From contig CAVNZM010000007.1 in NCBI GenBank assembly GCA_963693365.1, positions 4,647,962 to 4,711,961 of the forward strand: 64,000 nucleotides of DNA, written 5' to 3'. Made by a program: the position numbers and the translations under genes. This DNA is from Amoebidium appalachense. Taxonomy: Eukaryota > Protista > Ichthyosporea. Below the pieces are notes generated by a model. It had not been told where the DNA came from. It worked only from the letters and a program-made list of their open reading frames with translations, and searched no databases. Below, one piece after another: positions 1 to 12,520 of the stretch (position 1 is the first letter of the stretch; each line of letters begins with the position of its first letter).

Positions 1-39
1 ACACACACACACACACTGTCCCACTCTCCCTCTCTCTCA

Positions 40-84
<45 letters not shown>

Positions 85-485
85 AAAACACTCAACACAC
101 ACATGCGCGGGCGCGCGCAAGCACCGTCACACACACAGACACACACACCGTGGCACGTCTCTCTCTCTCTCTCTCTCCCTCTCTCCCTCTCTCCCTCTCT
201 CCGTCTCTCTCTCTCTCTCCCTTTCTCTCGCTCACTCACTCACTCGCGCTCACACACACACATACACACTACTAATGTGAAGAAGAAAACCGTGCACTGT
301 GACCCACACACACATGCACGGAGGCACCCACACAGGCATGCATGGGCGACACACGCAGGCACCTGGCGCATCCTGGCTCTGCCCTATAATAAGGCAAATG
401 TACGATATAGTCTGCACAGGTCCAATGTTCACCGTTTTTTACTTGCAAAATAGGAGCTGCCTCAAAAGTCAACTGTGCAGACGCC

Positions 486-527
<42 letters not shown>

Positions 528-827
528 CGCGCGCGCGCGCGTGCACACACACAACCACTTAACTGACACGGCATGGTGTGCTCAAATTGTGGTGGTACAT
601 TATGATGCAGGCACACACTTTCTCACTCTTTATCTCTAGATCTCGCATTCCCCCCTCCCCCCCCCCCCTCCCCCAGCCCCTCCTCTCACCCTTTCAAGAG
701 GCTCCCCCCTCCCCCCTCCCCCCCTCCCCCCCCCCCCCCCCCCCAGCCCCATATCCGAAGTTCTACCAGTGACGCACAGACAGGTTGGGTGCATGCATCA
801 CCAACAAAATACATCATTACAGACACG

Positions 828-909
<82 letters not shown>

Positions 910-2877
910 GCACGCACACAAACCTTGCACATGTCACACAAAACCGTGACACACTGTGAGAGTGACGCAGTTCTGACTCAGACAACGAAGGCAAGAGCAG
1001 TTGGTGGGTACATAATAATAAGGGAAGGGAGTGCAGGTGAGGATGCAGAGTTGAGGTGTGACCCGTGTGCACGTACGTACACATGTTTTGTTTTTTTGTT
1101 TTTTTGTTTTTTTTGTTTTTTTGGGGGGGGGGGAGGGGGAGGGGGGGGGGGGAGGGAGAGAGGGGGGGAGGAGGATCGTTATCCGGAAGGGAGGATCATC
1201 CTCTCCTGCTAGCTAGAGCTAGGGAATATATGGTAATGTGTTGGGCGAACTTACGAGGGGGGGGGGGGGGGGGGGGGGGGGCATCATCAGCCTTCGGATC
1301 TCGATATTTATTCCCCCCTTCGATTTCCCCCCTTCTCCCCCGCTGTACAACGGGACCCCCCTCTCCCCCCCTTACCCCCAGGGGGGTCGTCCCGGGCGCT
1401 CCCCTGCGCATGCGGCCCGCCCGGCGGCCTGGGCGTTACACAGTGTGATCAGGCCCAAGTTTCTACTATTGGTTTTGCCAATACGGCGCAGGCCTTGCAG
1501 CAGCTTGGGGGTGATTCATCGAATCCGGATGGTTGTTGTGACATCTGTTACAGCACGCTGTACACTCATGCATGCTGTTGGGAGAGTGATGTTGGCGCTC
1601 AAAAGACCGGACGGCACGGTGGCTTATGGAATAGGACACTGGAGGTATAAAAAGGTAAAGAAAATGAAGTATGCATGTTGGCAAGTGTGCTGGTAGGCTA
1701 ATCAACATGTACAGCCTAGTAGAGCAGCAGTGACTATGAGTAATCTGCAGTCATTTGTCACAATCATCGCGAATCATATTGGGACGTGGGCGGGTGCAAA
1801 AACAGGCCGAGCCAATGCGGACAGATCTGCCATGGCCCAGCGCACAATAGCGCACAATGGAGATGACCATGGCCAAGCGGCCCGCACATGCCACGTGCAA
1901 TATCCTGACATGCGTGAGACATACAAATAGTGGGGGAGGTACACAGACGTTATAACATGTACACAGCGTTTGCATGCGCCGAGCCTCAGTGCGGAGAAGG
2001 GTCATCTCAGACTAACTAATATTAGTGCTGACCATAAGGGTGCTGCTGGCTGGTCACCAACGCCATGCCCAGGTAAGGCACCATGCTACCGCTCTGCCTC
2101 TCACTAAGCCCAAGGGATGCATGCTATTTTGTACATGTGGGTGTGCATACATGTTCGCATTACTGAGTACCAGAGACTCGAGTCAGGTAACGGAACTCAA
2201 CCAGGTTGTGGGCGTCCAATCAAAACAGATGCGAAAAAAATTTGCCGCCCTCTTGGAATGCTCTGCGCAGCAGTGATTGGTCTCTCTTAGTTCCAAAAGC
2301 ACCAAACATGGCAAGCAAAACATGTCTTGACTTATGGGTTAGCCAATCACAACGCACCATTTCATAAATCGGTACACAAGTTGAGTTGCCACGACAAGTG
2401 ACCCTCGCGCGGAAACACAAGAATATTCGTGATATATTAGCCTTTCATGAGTTTTTGCGGTGCTGCCATATATACTTTATATATGTCGCTGCAAACGGAG
2501 CTGGAAAAATACTCATACATATCACATTACCGTAAAGGCTCAAAACATGCCGTGACCGCGAAGACCACAGCTGCACAGAGCTGATATATCTATCGCTGCG
2601 CAAGGCGCTGAACCCCACCTGAGACAATCAATCAATACCATAAATACCGGGAGCATCGTAGCGCTTTTATTTCTCTTCTTATACAAAATAATACATAGGG
2701 GCCTACAATAATTATCATAAGGCCTCTATAGTCCTGGACCCTCTTGGTTCTCACTGAACTTCTCAGCCAGATTCACCGCCTTCTGTTTTGCATTCCACGT
2801 CATCACTGACCACCTAAAAATTTGCCGTCCTCTCAAAACTGATCGTTTTCATTGGTTTCCGCTTAGGAGTGGTGGTG

Positions 2878-2885
2878 TATATAAA
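2878..2885 (+). promoter_or_regulatory. Candidate TATA box of the secreted-protein gene
   Basis: TATATAAA ~160 bp upstream of the ATG at 3039, preceded by an ATTGG (CCAAT) motif at ~2851. Confidence 0.45.
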
Positions 2886-3038
2886 GGTCTGATATGCTCG
2901 ATGGGGCTGTCACAAGGACACACAATCGCTTTGTGGTGTTTAGAATAAGTTCATTCGCAGTTGCTGGTAGGGACATGCAGTATAGCTAGCTGATCCATAA
3001 ACAATTAGTATCATTCAGAGCCCCATCCAAACACAATC

Positions 3039-3740
3039 ATGCTAGGCAAGAGCTCTCTAGTTGTGGCCCTAGTGGCCTCTGCCTCTGCCTGGCCCACGGC
3101 CCAGCGTGGGGACCTGCAGCTCTACATCCCCAACTGGGTGGGCTCGTGGTTCCCCAGCTTTCTGGAGCGTCGCCAGGCCCCGGGCGATGGCGCGCCCGCG
3201 TCGTGCGCAGGGATGTGCAGCAAAACATACAGTGGCGCCCTCATGAAGGGTGGCCGGCGGGTGGCCGTGCGCACAGAGATGGAAGGCGACGGCAACAACG
3301 GGCAGGGCAATGGGCAGGGCAGCAGTGGGGGGGCCACGGCGGCCCTGAAGTTTCCCGGTGACCCCACAAAGAAGGGCCTATACCGGCCCATGGGCATTGC
3401 ATTCACAGGGCCGGCCAGCAGCCACGTGGCGGTGCTGCAGGAGGCCGGCATTGCGTCTGTGTTTGTGACCAGGCTCATGGGCGTCATGGACCAGAAGGTC
3501 GATGGCGCCACCACCGAGGGCACGGTGTGTGTGGACCTGGGCGAGAACAACATGATCCAGGTGCGCGCAGACACGGCAGAGGGGTTTGCCGCCGACACGA
3601 CGTTCAAGCTGTGGGTGGTGGACCAGGACAAGTGGGAGCAGATGGACCCGTGTGTGCCCACATTCAGCGCTAAGCTGCGCAACCGCCTCAACGAGAGGGA
3701 GGTCAGTGATGAGCGCACCGTGGACAGCACCAGGGGCTAG
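3039..3740 (+). CDS. Intronless 233-aa putative secreted protein, unknown family
   Basis: Non-repetitive ORF with G/C-ending codon bias like the exons of the conserved genes. N-terminus MLGKSSLVVALVASASA|W looks like a signal peptide; dibasic ERR|Q site; 4 Cys. Confidence 0.8.
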   Translation: MLGKSSLVVALVASASAWPTAQRGDLQLYIPNWVGSWFPSFLERRQAPGDGAPASCAGMCSKTYSGALMKGGRRVAVRTEMEGDGNNGQGNGQGSSGGATAALKFPGDPTKKGLYRPMGIAFTGPASSHVAVLQEAGIASVFVTRLMGVMDQKVDGATTEGTVCVDLGENNMIQVRADTAEGFAADTTFKLWVVDQDKWEQMDPCVPTFSAKLRNRLNEREVSDERTVDSTRG

Positions 3741-4928
3741 GTGGTTTATGGCTATAGAGTTTAGACATGTATATCTGATGCACAGCTGTTATGCACGTAT
3801 GAATGTGGGTCTTCTGTAAATAAGCTAGTCTTTGTGTCTCGGCCACATGCCCAGAGCCTGTGCCCGTGGTCGTTCAGGGAATTATTCAATACATACATAT
3901 GTTATTCATCTTGTTCTGTGACAGTTCATCATTTATACAGCAGCTACAATTGCCGACCGCCAGTACCTGTGTGAGCATTTCTGCTTTACATGGTCAGGTA
4001 GATGTTACATGCACAGACGGAATCCGTTAGCTAGGTTAGCATGTCCTTACTAGTAACCCTTAGTGATCATGAGGCGTGATCATTAGGCATCCGCTTGGCT
4101 TTATGTACAACAAATTTGACCACAGAAACCAGCAATAAAACTTTTTGACCACAGAAACCAGCAATAAAACTTTTATCAATTACATCACACCACCACTCAC
4201 AGGTAAACAATACGGTGATATTTGTTGCGCCGATATCAACGTCTATAACACATGTGCAGGGCATATTGATATTGATGCATCTATAGCAACATCGACGGCT
4301 AACCGTAGTATTGACGGGTGCAATTGCTGCACCTATTGCATTTGGATGTATCGGCGTTGATTTTGTTGGTGTCAGGTACAACTAGACGTGTAAGTGATGG
4401 TGCTACAGACTGCAGCAATGACACTTACACAGCAAGCACGATATATTGGTGTGTTGGTCGGTTATATTGGCAGCAACAATATCAGCATGATGGTATGGAC
4501 ATGCTACAGACAGGGCGGATGTCACCCATAGTAACCTGCAGGGCTACCTACCCCCTGCTTGGCTGCAGCCGGATTGGGGGGGGGGGGGGGGGATGCATAC
4601 ACTCCACAAGCGTTTTTATGCTGCAGATTTATTTGTTTATCGTCCTACGTCCGTGTCTGTCAGTGATAATCGATACATGTACCGATGCTCCAACGAACCT
4701 GTCCTATGTTCATCATTGTACAAATCATCCTGCTCACACCTATCAAGAGCGGAGTACCTTTATAATTTTCCCTAGTGCCCGCAATTACACATGTCTAAAT
4801 GTGAAAATCAACAAATGGTGAGCGCTCTTAATTGATGTATTCAGACACAACTCCGTATTTCTGACAACTATAACACTGTACTCATTAATTAATATTACAA
4901 CAACATGAACAAACACAACCGTCCTCCT

Positions 4929-5282
4929 TCAGTCATCCTGAGCGCCGTAAAATTCGATCCCGGCCTCCTCCAGGCGTGCAATGACCTCCTCCTTCGTGTA
5001 CTTGGTCTTCCCGGCGGCAATATCGGCAGCAAACTCTTGCTCCTCGTCACCGTGCACAGGTTTGCCGAACTTCACCTTCATGTACACCTGCCCCTTGCGA
5101 AGCCCGCACATCTTGTTTCCTTGGGCGGCAGCCTTACCCTCCTCATCGTCATCGCGAGGAGGGCGCCTGAACTCGCCTTCAGGAAGGTGAAGCTTCTCTT
5201 TCAGGGCATCGTAGAACAGTTTGTCGTTCTTATCAACAAGGTTGAATGTAGCAGCTAGCTCGTGGATGCTCTCTCGATATCG
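4929..5282 (-). CDS. Terminal coding exon of an unidentified multi-exon gene (RYRESIHELAATF...IEFYGAQDD*)
   Basis: Complex, codon-biased frame starting right after an acceptor (ccacag|CGA) and ending in TGA at 4929. Candidate upstream exons near 5460-5510 (donor GTACGT) and 6160-6266 are uncertain. Confidence 0.7.
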   Translation of the reverse strand, partial: RYRESIHELAATFNLVDKNDKLFYDALKEKLHLPEGEFRRPPRDDDEEGKAAAQGNKMCGLRKGQVYMKVKFGKPVHGDEEQEFAADIAAGKTKYTKEEVIARLEEAGIEFYGAQDD

Positions 5283-6067
5283 CTGTGGTGCAAAAGCATT
5301 TGTAAAGGGTGAGTGACAAAGATTGACAGAGAACATGCGTGACGGGAAGAGAAGGGGGAGAAGTGAAGAGAGTGAATTTTATTCATCCGGGTGTGGGGGG
5401 GGGGGGGGGGGGGAGGGGGGAGGGGGGGGGGGGGAAGAGGATTTGTAAAGGGTACGTACAAAGTTCATCAGTGCAAATGCAAAGGGTATGGGACGAAAAG
5501 AAATGAGCTCCAGGGGGGGGGGGGGGGGGGGGGGTTATGCATTAGATATCGATTAGAAGCGGAGGGGGTGAGGAGGGGGGCAAGGGGTCGGGGGTTAAAC
5601 ATTTCTTGCACCAGACACAAACCAATACGTTTGCACAAGCTAACCAAGAGGGGGGGGGGGGGGGGGAATGCACTAGATGGGACGATAAGAAGTGGAGGGG
5701 GCAAGGGGTCAGGGATAACAAGACAGGGTACCAAAACTCTTATGTATGCACAAGCAAACTCATGACAAGAGGCATTTGACACGTCCCATCATCGAGGAAG
5801 GGGGGGGGGGGGGGGGGGGGGGGGGATCTGTAAAAGGTAAAAACAAACTCTGGCAGAGCACGTGCCTAAGGGGACGGTAAATGGAGTTGAGGGGGAGTCC
5901 TCTTTTTGTCCAGAGGGGTAGAAGGGGAGGGGGGTGCATTACAGGACACGATAAGAAGGACAGAGGAGAGAAAGGGGGAAGGGGAGACAGGGGGGGATGG
6001 GATGCTGCGACAGACACGATAATGTTCTTGCAAAGTCCTACACGGAAACCTGCTTCAAACCCCCCCC

Positions 6068-6116
<49 letters not shown>

Positions 6117-7085
6117 ACCCCACACACACAACAACAACAACAACCCTTTACACACACACGCAGCGAAACTCAATACTCTCTGCTGAACTTTTTCGCCCAT
6201 TTCACCCCATGGAGATAGAGGGTTAGGTTTGGTGTCAAACGGCACTACGGCCGCACTCCCCAAACACTGTTACTCCAACCATCACCCATGCACACAACCT
6301 CCACCCTGTTTCGAGCCCCCCCCCCCCCCCCCCCCCCCCTTCCCCCTTCTCCCCCCTCCCCCCTTCCTCCCCCGTTCCCACCTCCGTTCTCAACGGGTGG
6401 TTCCCCCCTCCCGGCCTCCCTCCCTCCGTTCCATTCTTTCCCTCCCTACCTTCCCTCCCGTACCCCCCCCTCCCCCCCCCCCCCCCCCCCCCCCCCCCGC
6501 CTTCCCGACCGCTTCACTTTGCGGCTAAATTCTTCCCCATACTAAGGCTCAGGGAGAAACTTTGATCATCAAGTTGTGCGTATTCAATGTGTAGTTTTTC
6601 AGTTTTTGCAGTGCGTACCCTCCGAAGTCCCCCCCCCCCTCCCCCTCCTCCGCCTCATATTTGTGTAACATTTCGTTTTTGCGGTGCCTCCCCTCCGGAT
6701 CTCCCTCCCCCCCTTTTTTTATTTTTTTTATCCCGTTCTGTTGCAGTAGGGATACTCTGGCCCTAGGGTGCTACGATGCCATCAGTTAAGCTGACCCACC
6801 GGTACCGATCCTACCCATGCGTACACACAGCCCAGGGTTTATCACCCCAGCCTTGCCAGTGGGTAGCACCAGGCATCCCCTCCGCTCAAAACCTATGAGT
6901 AAACTTTAAACAGCGGCTCTCGTTGGTTCATCTGCGGTGGGTGTGGTGTTGATGGTGTTAACGGTGGGTATGGGTGCATGGTTGGGTCTGGTGGTGGGGG
7001 GATATCGATGCTACCTGACAGCATGTGGTGTTGTACGTGGTGTGTGGCTGCGGTGTAGTAGTTATATACTAGATAGTATATATAA

Positions 7086-7133
<48 letters not shown>

Positions 7134-7189
7134 CATATATATATACATATTTATATATATATATATGTGGGGGGGGGGGGGGGGGGGGG

Positions 7190-8692
7190 GGGTGTGGTGC
7201 AATGGTAAGATCTTGTCAAGCTCAATGGCGCAGGATCGATCCTGGTTACTTCCGACTTTTGTTCTGCCTCGACGGTCCACCGGTCTGTGTAAAATTGTAT
7301 AAGTATTTGGAACGGAAGCAGAGACGCAGTGGTGCAGTGTGAAAACACCACAGACACACAACAACAAACACGGAACGATCGGAGCAGTGTACACAACAGA
7401 CATCAATGTTTAGACACGACTGAACTCAATTTATTTCGATCTCGCATATATACTTGAAATTCCCTTAAGTCAAATCCATACATGATTTCCGACTGGTTCT
7501 ATGTCTAAAATAACCAATCACAATTAACTGATTATTTCCCGGATAGATCCGGAGACACAGGAACGCACACCATAGGTCACAGCTATAAGAAAGTATTGAG
7601 GTGAAAAGTAACGAGGAAAGAGGTGATGTTTCTAACCTATCACCGGCTACAAAGACTCAGACATTTTCTGACTAAGTCTACTGATTGGATACAGTACGGC
7701 AACACACAAAACTAAAGTGGTTGACTAAGCTATGAATCATACATGACAAGCTAAAGTGTAGCCTAAGTGTTTTTCTACCAATCAAAACATAACGAGTAAT
7801 ATAAATCTACTCAACGTATATTAGTGAAAAAGAAATATAATTATGTGAAAGAAAACAAGGGAGAAAAGAAAGAGAAAAGAAAGAAGAAGAAGGAGGAAAG
7901 AGAAAAGAAGGCAGGCTGGCAGAAAACACGAACACGAAAACACAGTTGTAACCGAAGATATTCATGCACACATAAACATGTACATGTTTCTCCCTGAGTG
8001 GGTGGAAACGTGTACACACATATCAACATACTAACAAGTGATAAAATACACGATTAGAACCTGATCTATTACGATTATATGTGTACAGATACATTGGAGA
8101 TCGATGGGACATTTTTCATAGTGGGAGTGTGACATATGTACTAAGCACACAAAGTTTTAACTGAAACAACACATAAACTGAGAAGATCTTACCTAATGTA
8201 GGTACTACGTACTACAACAGTCTGGCCGCCCCCTCGAAGCCATCACCCCAGACCACGTCAAGCAGCACCACCAATTTGTTATCATCCGGCCGCAAGACAT
8301 GACGTCATGAACAGCACCGGCCCTCCGACTCCGTCGACGGCGCGCCGCTTTGGCATCCCGGCCCAACGTACAAGTGGGAGACCAACCGAGTCACCAGCCA
8401 CGGTTCGGGTCAGCGTCCTGGGAATGGGGTTTTTTTCCCCTTTCAAGTCTTTATGTTTGACAATGTGTATGTGTCCCGGGTCGCTCCCGGCTGATGTTGT
8501 TAAAGTGAGCTGTGCCACTTCCCACTAGCGTTGCTGCGGCTAGAACCGTGCAGATAAAGGCGTAACTAAAAATAGTGCCAGTTGGGGTCAATTAGAATGA
8601 GTGCGCTATACAGTACGATCTGTGTCTAGGCGGAAGACGGTAAGCTCCCCTGAGGCAGTGCCTGGCCGGGAGTGAAACGGGATAAAATAATA
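7190..8692 (+). mobile_element. tRNA-derived SINE, copy interrupted by a solo LTR
   Basis: 7190-7287 plus 8225-8692 rebuild the intact copy at 59147-59748. Head carries A-box TGGTGCAATGG and B-box-like GGATCGATCC. Confidence 0.8.
7288..8219. mobile_element. Solo LTR-like insertion (932 bp, TGT...ACA termini, 5-bp TSD GTCTG)
   Basis: GTCTG at 7283-7287 and 8220-8224; the intact SINE copy has a single GTCTG at this site. AT-rich, no real ORF. Confidence 0.8.
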
Positions 8693-10044
8693 TATCAGTA
8701 CAGATTCCATAGGGAGTATACGCCAAGCAGCGGCACCAGTCAGATCCTGAGCAGCACGCGGGAAACCTCCGAAACTCTCACAATAATTTCAACTTGGGCA
8801 TGTCTATCGTTTCTGCATCCCAAGGCCTTTTCAGGTTCCGAATCGTGTAAAACGGAACACAAGGCTCCCCTATTTTCTTGAATATCAGGCTGTCAGGTTC
8901 GAATTCACGTAAGACCTAACGAACGTGAGGCTTTTGTCATGAGTGTTCAAGAGACGAGCTCAGCCTCTTGAATGAGAAAATGGGCCAGTTTCACGTACAT
9001 ATTCACGTACATAATGGGCACCTTACGTGCGTGGGCACAACATGTATGTGTATATGTGTCATAAGGACACGGGAGATGACGTCCACGGCCTACATGGTGT
9101 GCGTGCCCCTACCCCGCAAGGCGCACATGATGTGCATAGAGTCTATTCGATCATGGGCACATACATGATCAGTCAGGTATGCACATGATGCACATGTGTA
9201 CATGTACACATACTTTCTGTTTGTGATTTCATCTTTGTGTTAACATGAATATCAGGTAAGCAAAAACTTCTTATATGTACGGCACGGAAACATGGCATGC
9301 GCAAAGGTAAGTGCTATCAAAACCTGTAAGTGACACACTTCTGTCTTCGAGACTGTGCGTGTTGCGCGCGCTGCGCGCGCTGCGCCCGCGTCAGCGGCCA
9401 GTGTGCGGCTGTATTCAGGATCTACAAGATCAAAGTTTTGAAGATTCTCTGGCAAATCTCTCAATGAATGATTGGCCCAGGAGATCTAGATCTAGATCCT
9501 CTGCTGCTGGCGTCAGACTCATGATCAGCGCCTGCCTGTCCGTGCCTGAGCGGCGGAGCTCCAAGCGCGTCCGTGCACGTGGGACCGTCACGGAGTACTA
9601 CACTGAGTAGCCTACGCGCTGCATGCGCCGGGTGCGCGTGTGGATGTATACATGTACTGTGGCGACTCAGGCTGACTCAGGCCTAGGTGTAAAATTTTAG
9701 GCCTGCAGTGCCGTTTGGCGGGTATGCATGCATGTGTGACTGCTTGGGGCCGGGCACAATCAGCTGCAGTGTCACTGAGTTGCATGAAGACTAACCTGTT
9801 TGTGTGTGTTTGTTTGTGCACATGTATGTTGGTGCGTGCAAGTGTACATGACGTGCGCGTGCTTGTGATGTGTATGTGAACGTTCATGCGTTATGCCACT
9901 GTCATTGTGTGGCTGTTTACAGGTGTTTGTGCGTCACTGACTCACTCAGTGACGGTGTGTGTGTGCGTGGAAAGGCTTCAGACCCGTAAGGCGTGCCCCC
10001 GCTAGGGGGCACGCAGAACCAAGAATTGGCTAGTATATATATAT

Positions 10045-10240
10045 AGCTGTGCTCACTTCCCACTAGCGTTGCTGCGGCTAGAACCGTGGGATAAAGGCGT
10101 AACTAAAAATAGTGCCAGTTGGGGTCAATTAGAATCCTGACTTATGAGTGTGCCACTACAGTACGATCTGTGTCTAGACGGAAGACGGTAAGCTCCCCTG
10201 AGGCAGTGCCTCGCCGGGATTGAAACGGGATAGAATAATA
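10045..10240 (+). mobile_element. 5'-truncated SINE 3' tail (~195 bp)
   Basis: Near-identical to the last ~195 bp of the SINE; embedded in (TA)n. Confidence 0.85.
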
Positions 10241-10262
10241 TATATATATATATATATATAGC

Positions 10263-12238
10263 ATACCACAATCAGCACCATCCACCTCTACTTAGGCCCC
10301 TAGAGGGGCAGCTAGAACCCATCCATGGCTTCTCAGGGCGTATCCATGTTCCCGGACCCTCCTGGGACACCGCCTGGGAGCCGCAAACGTGATACACGGG
10401 AAGGAGAATCCCCAGATAAGCGGTTAACGAAACAGAGCCGGGCGGAACAGGTTCCCTCAGGCTTTCCCGAGGTTAAAGCGCCACTGCCGCGCCGCCAGCC
10501 AGTAGTTTTATTACGAAAGAACAACTGCAGTTGATACCCGAGAAGGCTAGAAAATCTGTGCTCAAACTTATGGCGCATCATGAGCATCTCCGCACCCAAG
10601 TCACCGACTTAACAACCCAAGTAGCCGAGTATAAAGCCAAGCAGGACCAAACGGACCTCGTCGTTCAGCAAATGGAGGCGCGCTTACAGCAGCTGGAAGG
10701 TGACCGGGCACCCCCCACTGGCCCTGCCCATGCGGGCCCGGCCTCTGCAGCAACTTGAAAGGCAGCCCTTGATGGGTTACCCACTCCCCCGGGGTCTCCC
10801 AAGTTCATACCCACGACGAACCCTAAGGTGTACTGCACTACCGTGGACGCCAAGACCGTGTATGTGTCCGAGAAAGTCAAAACGTATGCAGAGTCGGTGG
10901 CCCAGACCCACGGGGCTACCCAGGCTATGGCAGCCCTTGCCGCAGCATCGGCCCTGCACCCAACCCGCCGCCCTCGGGTGGCATCTGACCCTGCACCTGA
11001 GGGTACCGACGAGTCAGAGCTGACCACTGCAGCCTTTACCATGGTGCCGGCCAACATCAGCACCATGCGTGACCGTCTCTACACCCTCGGTGTCCTCAAC
11101 CGAATGATTCCCGACATGCTCTTCATTGGTCGTCGCTACACAGTGTTCATCGTGCGTGCCGGCTACCGGGATACCCTCGTAAGCATCATCCAACGTGCTA
11201 CCGACGCCACCTTTCTCGCAGACTTCGACCCTACGGCTCCAGTACAACACCACACTTAACCGTGCTGACGCAGAGGCTGCTGCCCGGGCCTCTTGGCAAC
11301 GCCGGGTGCTTGCGCGGAACACCTAAGTCCACACCTATTTCTAGACTCCTTTTCGATTCTTTATATGCACTCACACCACCATCACAACGCATACACGAAT
11401 TAGCCCTTAAATTTCACGAGCACATCACCCGCCTATCCGCCATTGCCCCGACCCATCCACTCTTCCGGCTACACGCATCCCCGCCGGACTCGCCCCTCTA
11501 CCTCTTCCCTTCCACATCGTCTCTGCCCATTGTCGAGCGATATGCGGAGTGGCTGGCGACTCCACCGGAGGTACGGCTGGACCATAGTGTGACTATGAAT
11601 AGTTTTAAGTCTATGGCTGATAGATACCTTTTTACTTTACGTGTCGAGTCCCTCCCAGTGTTAGGTCAGCAAAAACACCAACTACTAGTAGCCTATATGG
11701 CGGATACGGTTAGACAATCTCGCTCCTATATAGATCCGTTTATTCATGATGTTGTGTCGTATAAATATGTATGCAAAGATGATTATGTCTTGGCGTTGTA
11801 ATCGGTTTTTGGTGTCTCCTGCTCGTATGTGTAATATGTGTGGGGGGCGGTTTACTCGTGGATGCATATCTATCAATAAGTGTGACCTGTTAGCTAATGT
11901 GGTAGAACCGGAGGTTATGGGCGGAATGATTCTCTTTTCTACTTCTCTCCCCCTGTATATCCGTTATAAAATGACCGTGTTAGATCACCGTATTAAATGC
12001 TGCCAGTGGCACAGTATGATATTGTGATAACGTAACGGTGTCTTAACTTTCTCTCGGAGCTACCAATGCTAGCTTCTGCTTATCCATAATCTATACTAGG
12101 GTTGTTTTATTGCATACAGTGTACATAAGTCACTAGCTGCATTTCATTCGCTGCGCTGGATAGCGCAGTAGGCCGGAAAGTGAGGCTGAGCCCCAGGGCC
12201 TGACGATGTCCGCAGCAATACAAAGTGCATAAACCCCC
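10263..12238 (+). pseudogene. Decayed, internally deleted non-LTR retrotransposon-like element (ORF1-like N-terminus fused to ORF2-like C-terminus)
   Basis: TATATAGC duplicated at 10255-10262 and 12239-12246. Chain of ORF fragments 10325-12027 broken by stops and frameshifts: basic N-terminus (SRKRDTRE), coiled coil (LRTQVTDLTTQVAEY...LQQLE), C-terminal CxxC motif (CNMCGGRFTRGC). No RT or endonuclease motifs seen. Confidence 0.55.
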
Positions 12239-12243
12239 TATAT

Positions 12244-12437
12244 AGCTGTGCTCACTTCCCACTAGCGTTGCTGCGGCTAGAACAGTGGGATACAGGCGTA
12301 ACTAAAAATAGTGCCAGTTTTGGTCAATTAGAATCCTGACTTATGAGTGTGCTATACAGTACGATCTGTGTCTAGGCGGAAGACGGTAAGCTTCCCTGAG
12401 GCAGTGCCTCGCCGGGAGTGAAACGGGATAAAATAAT
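12244..12437 (+). mobile_element. 5'-truncated SINE 3' tail, followed by a long degenerate (TA)n tract to ~12645
   Basis: Same ~195-bp unit and same 5' breakpoint as 10045-10240. Confidence 0.85.
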
Positions 12438-12462
12438 ATATATATATATATATATATATTCA

Positions 12463-12520
<58 letters not shown>

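Noticed and set aside
9585-9957. MITE with 13-bp TIRs ACCGTCAC(G/T)GAGT
   Set aside because: No TSD and no second copy in the window.
12170-12230. Hammerhead ribozyme in the LINE-like 3' end (GAAA ... CTGACGA)
   Set aside because: Stems II and III could not be paired around the core.
10045-12437. LTR retrotransposon with 195-bp LTRs
   Set aside because: The repeats lack TG..CA ends, are SINE tails found elsewhere, and the inner element has its own TSD.
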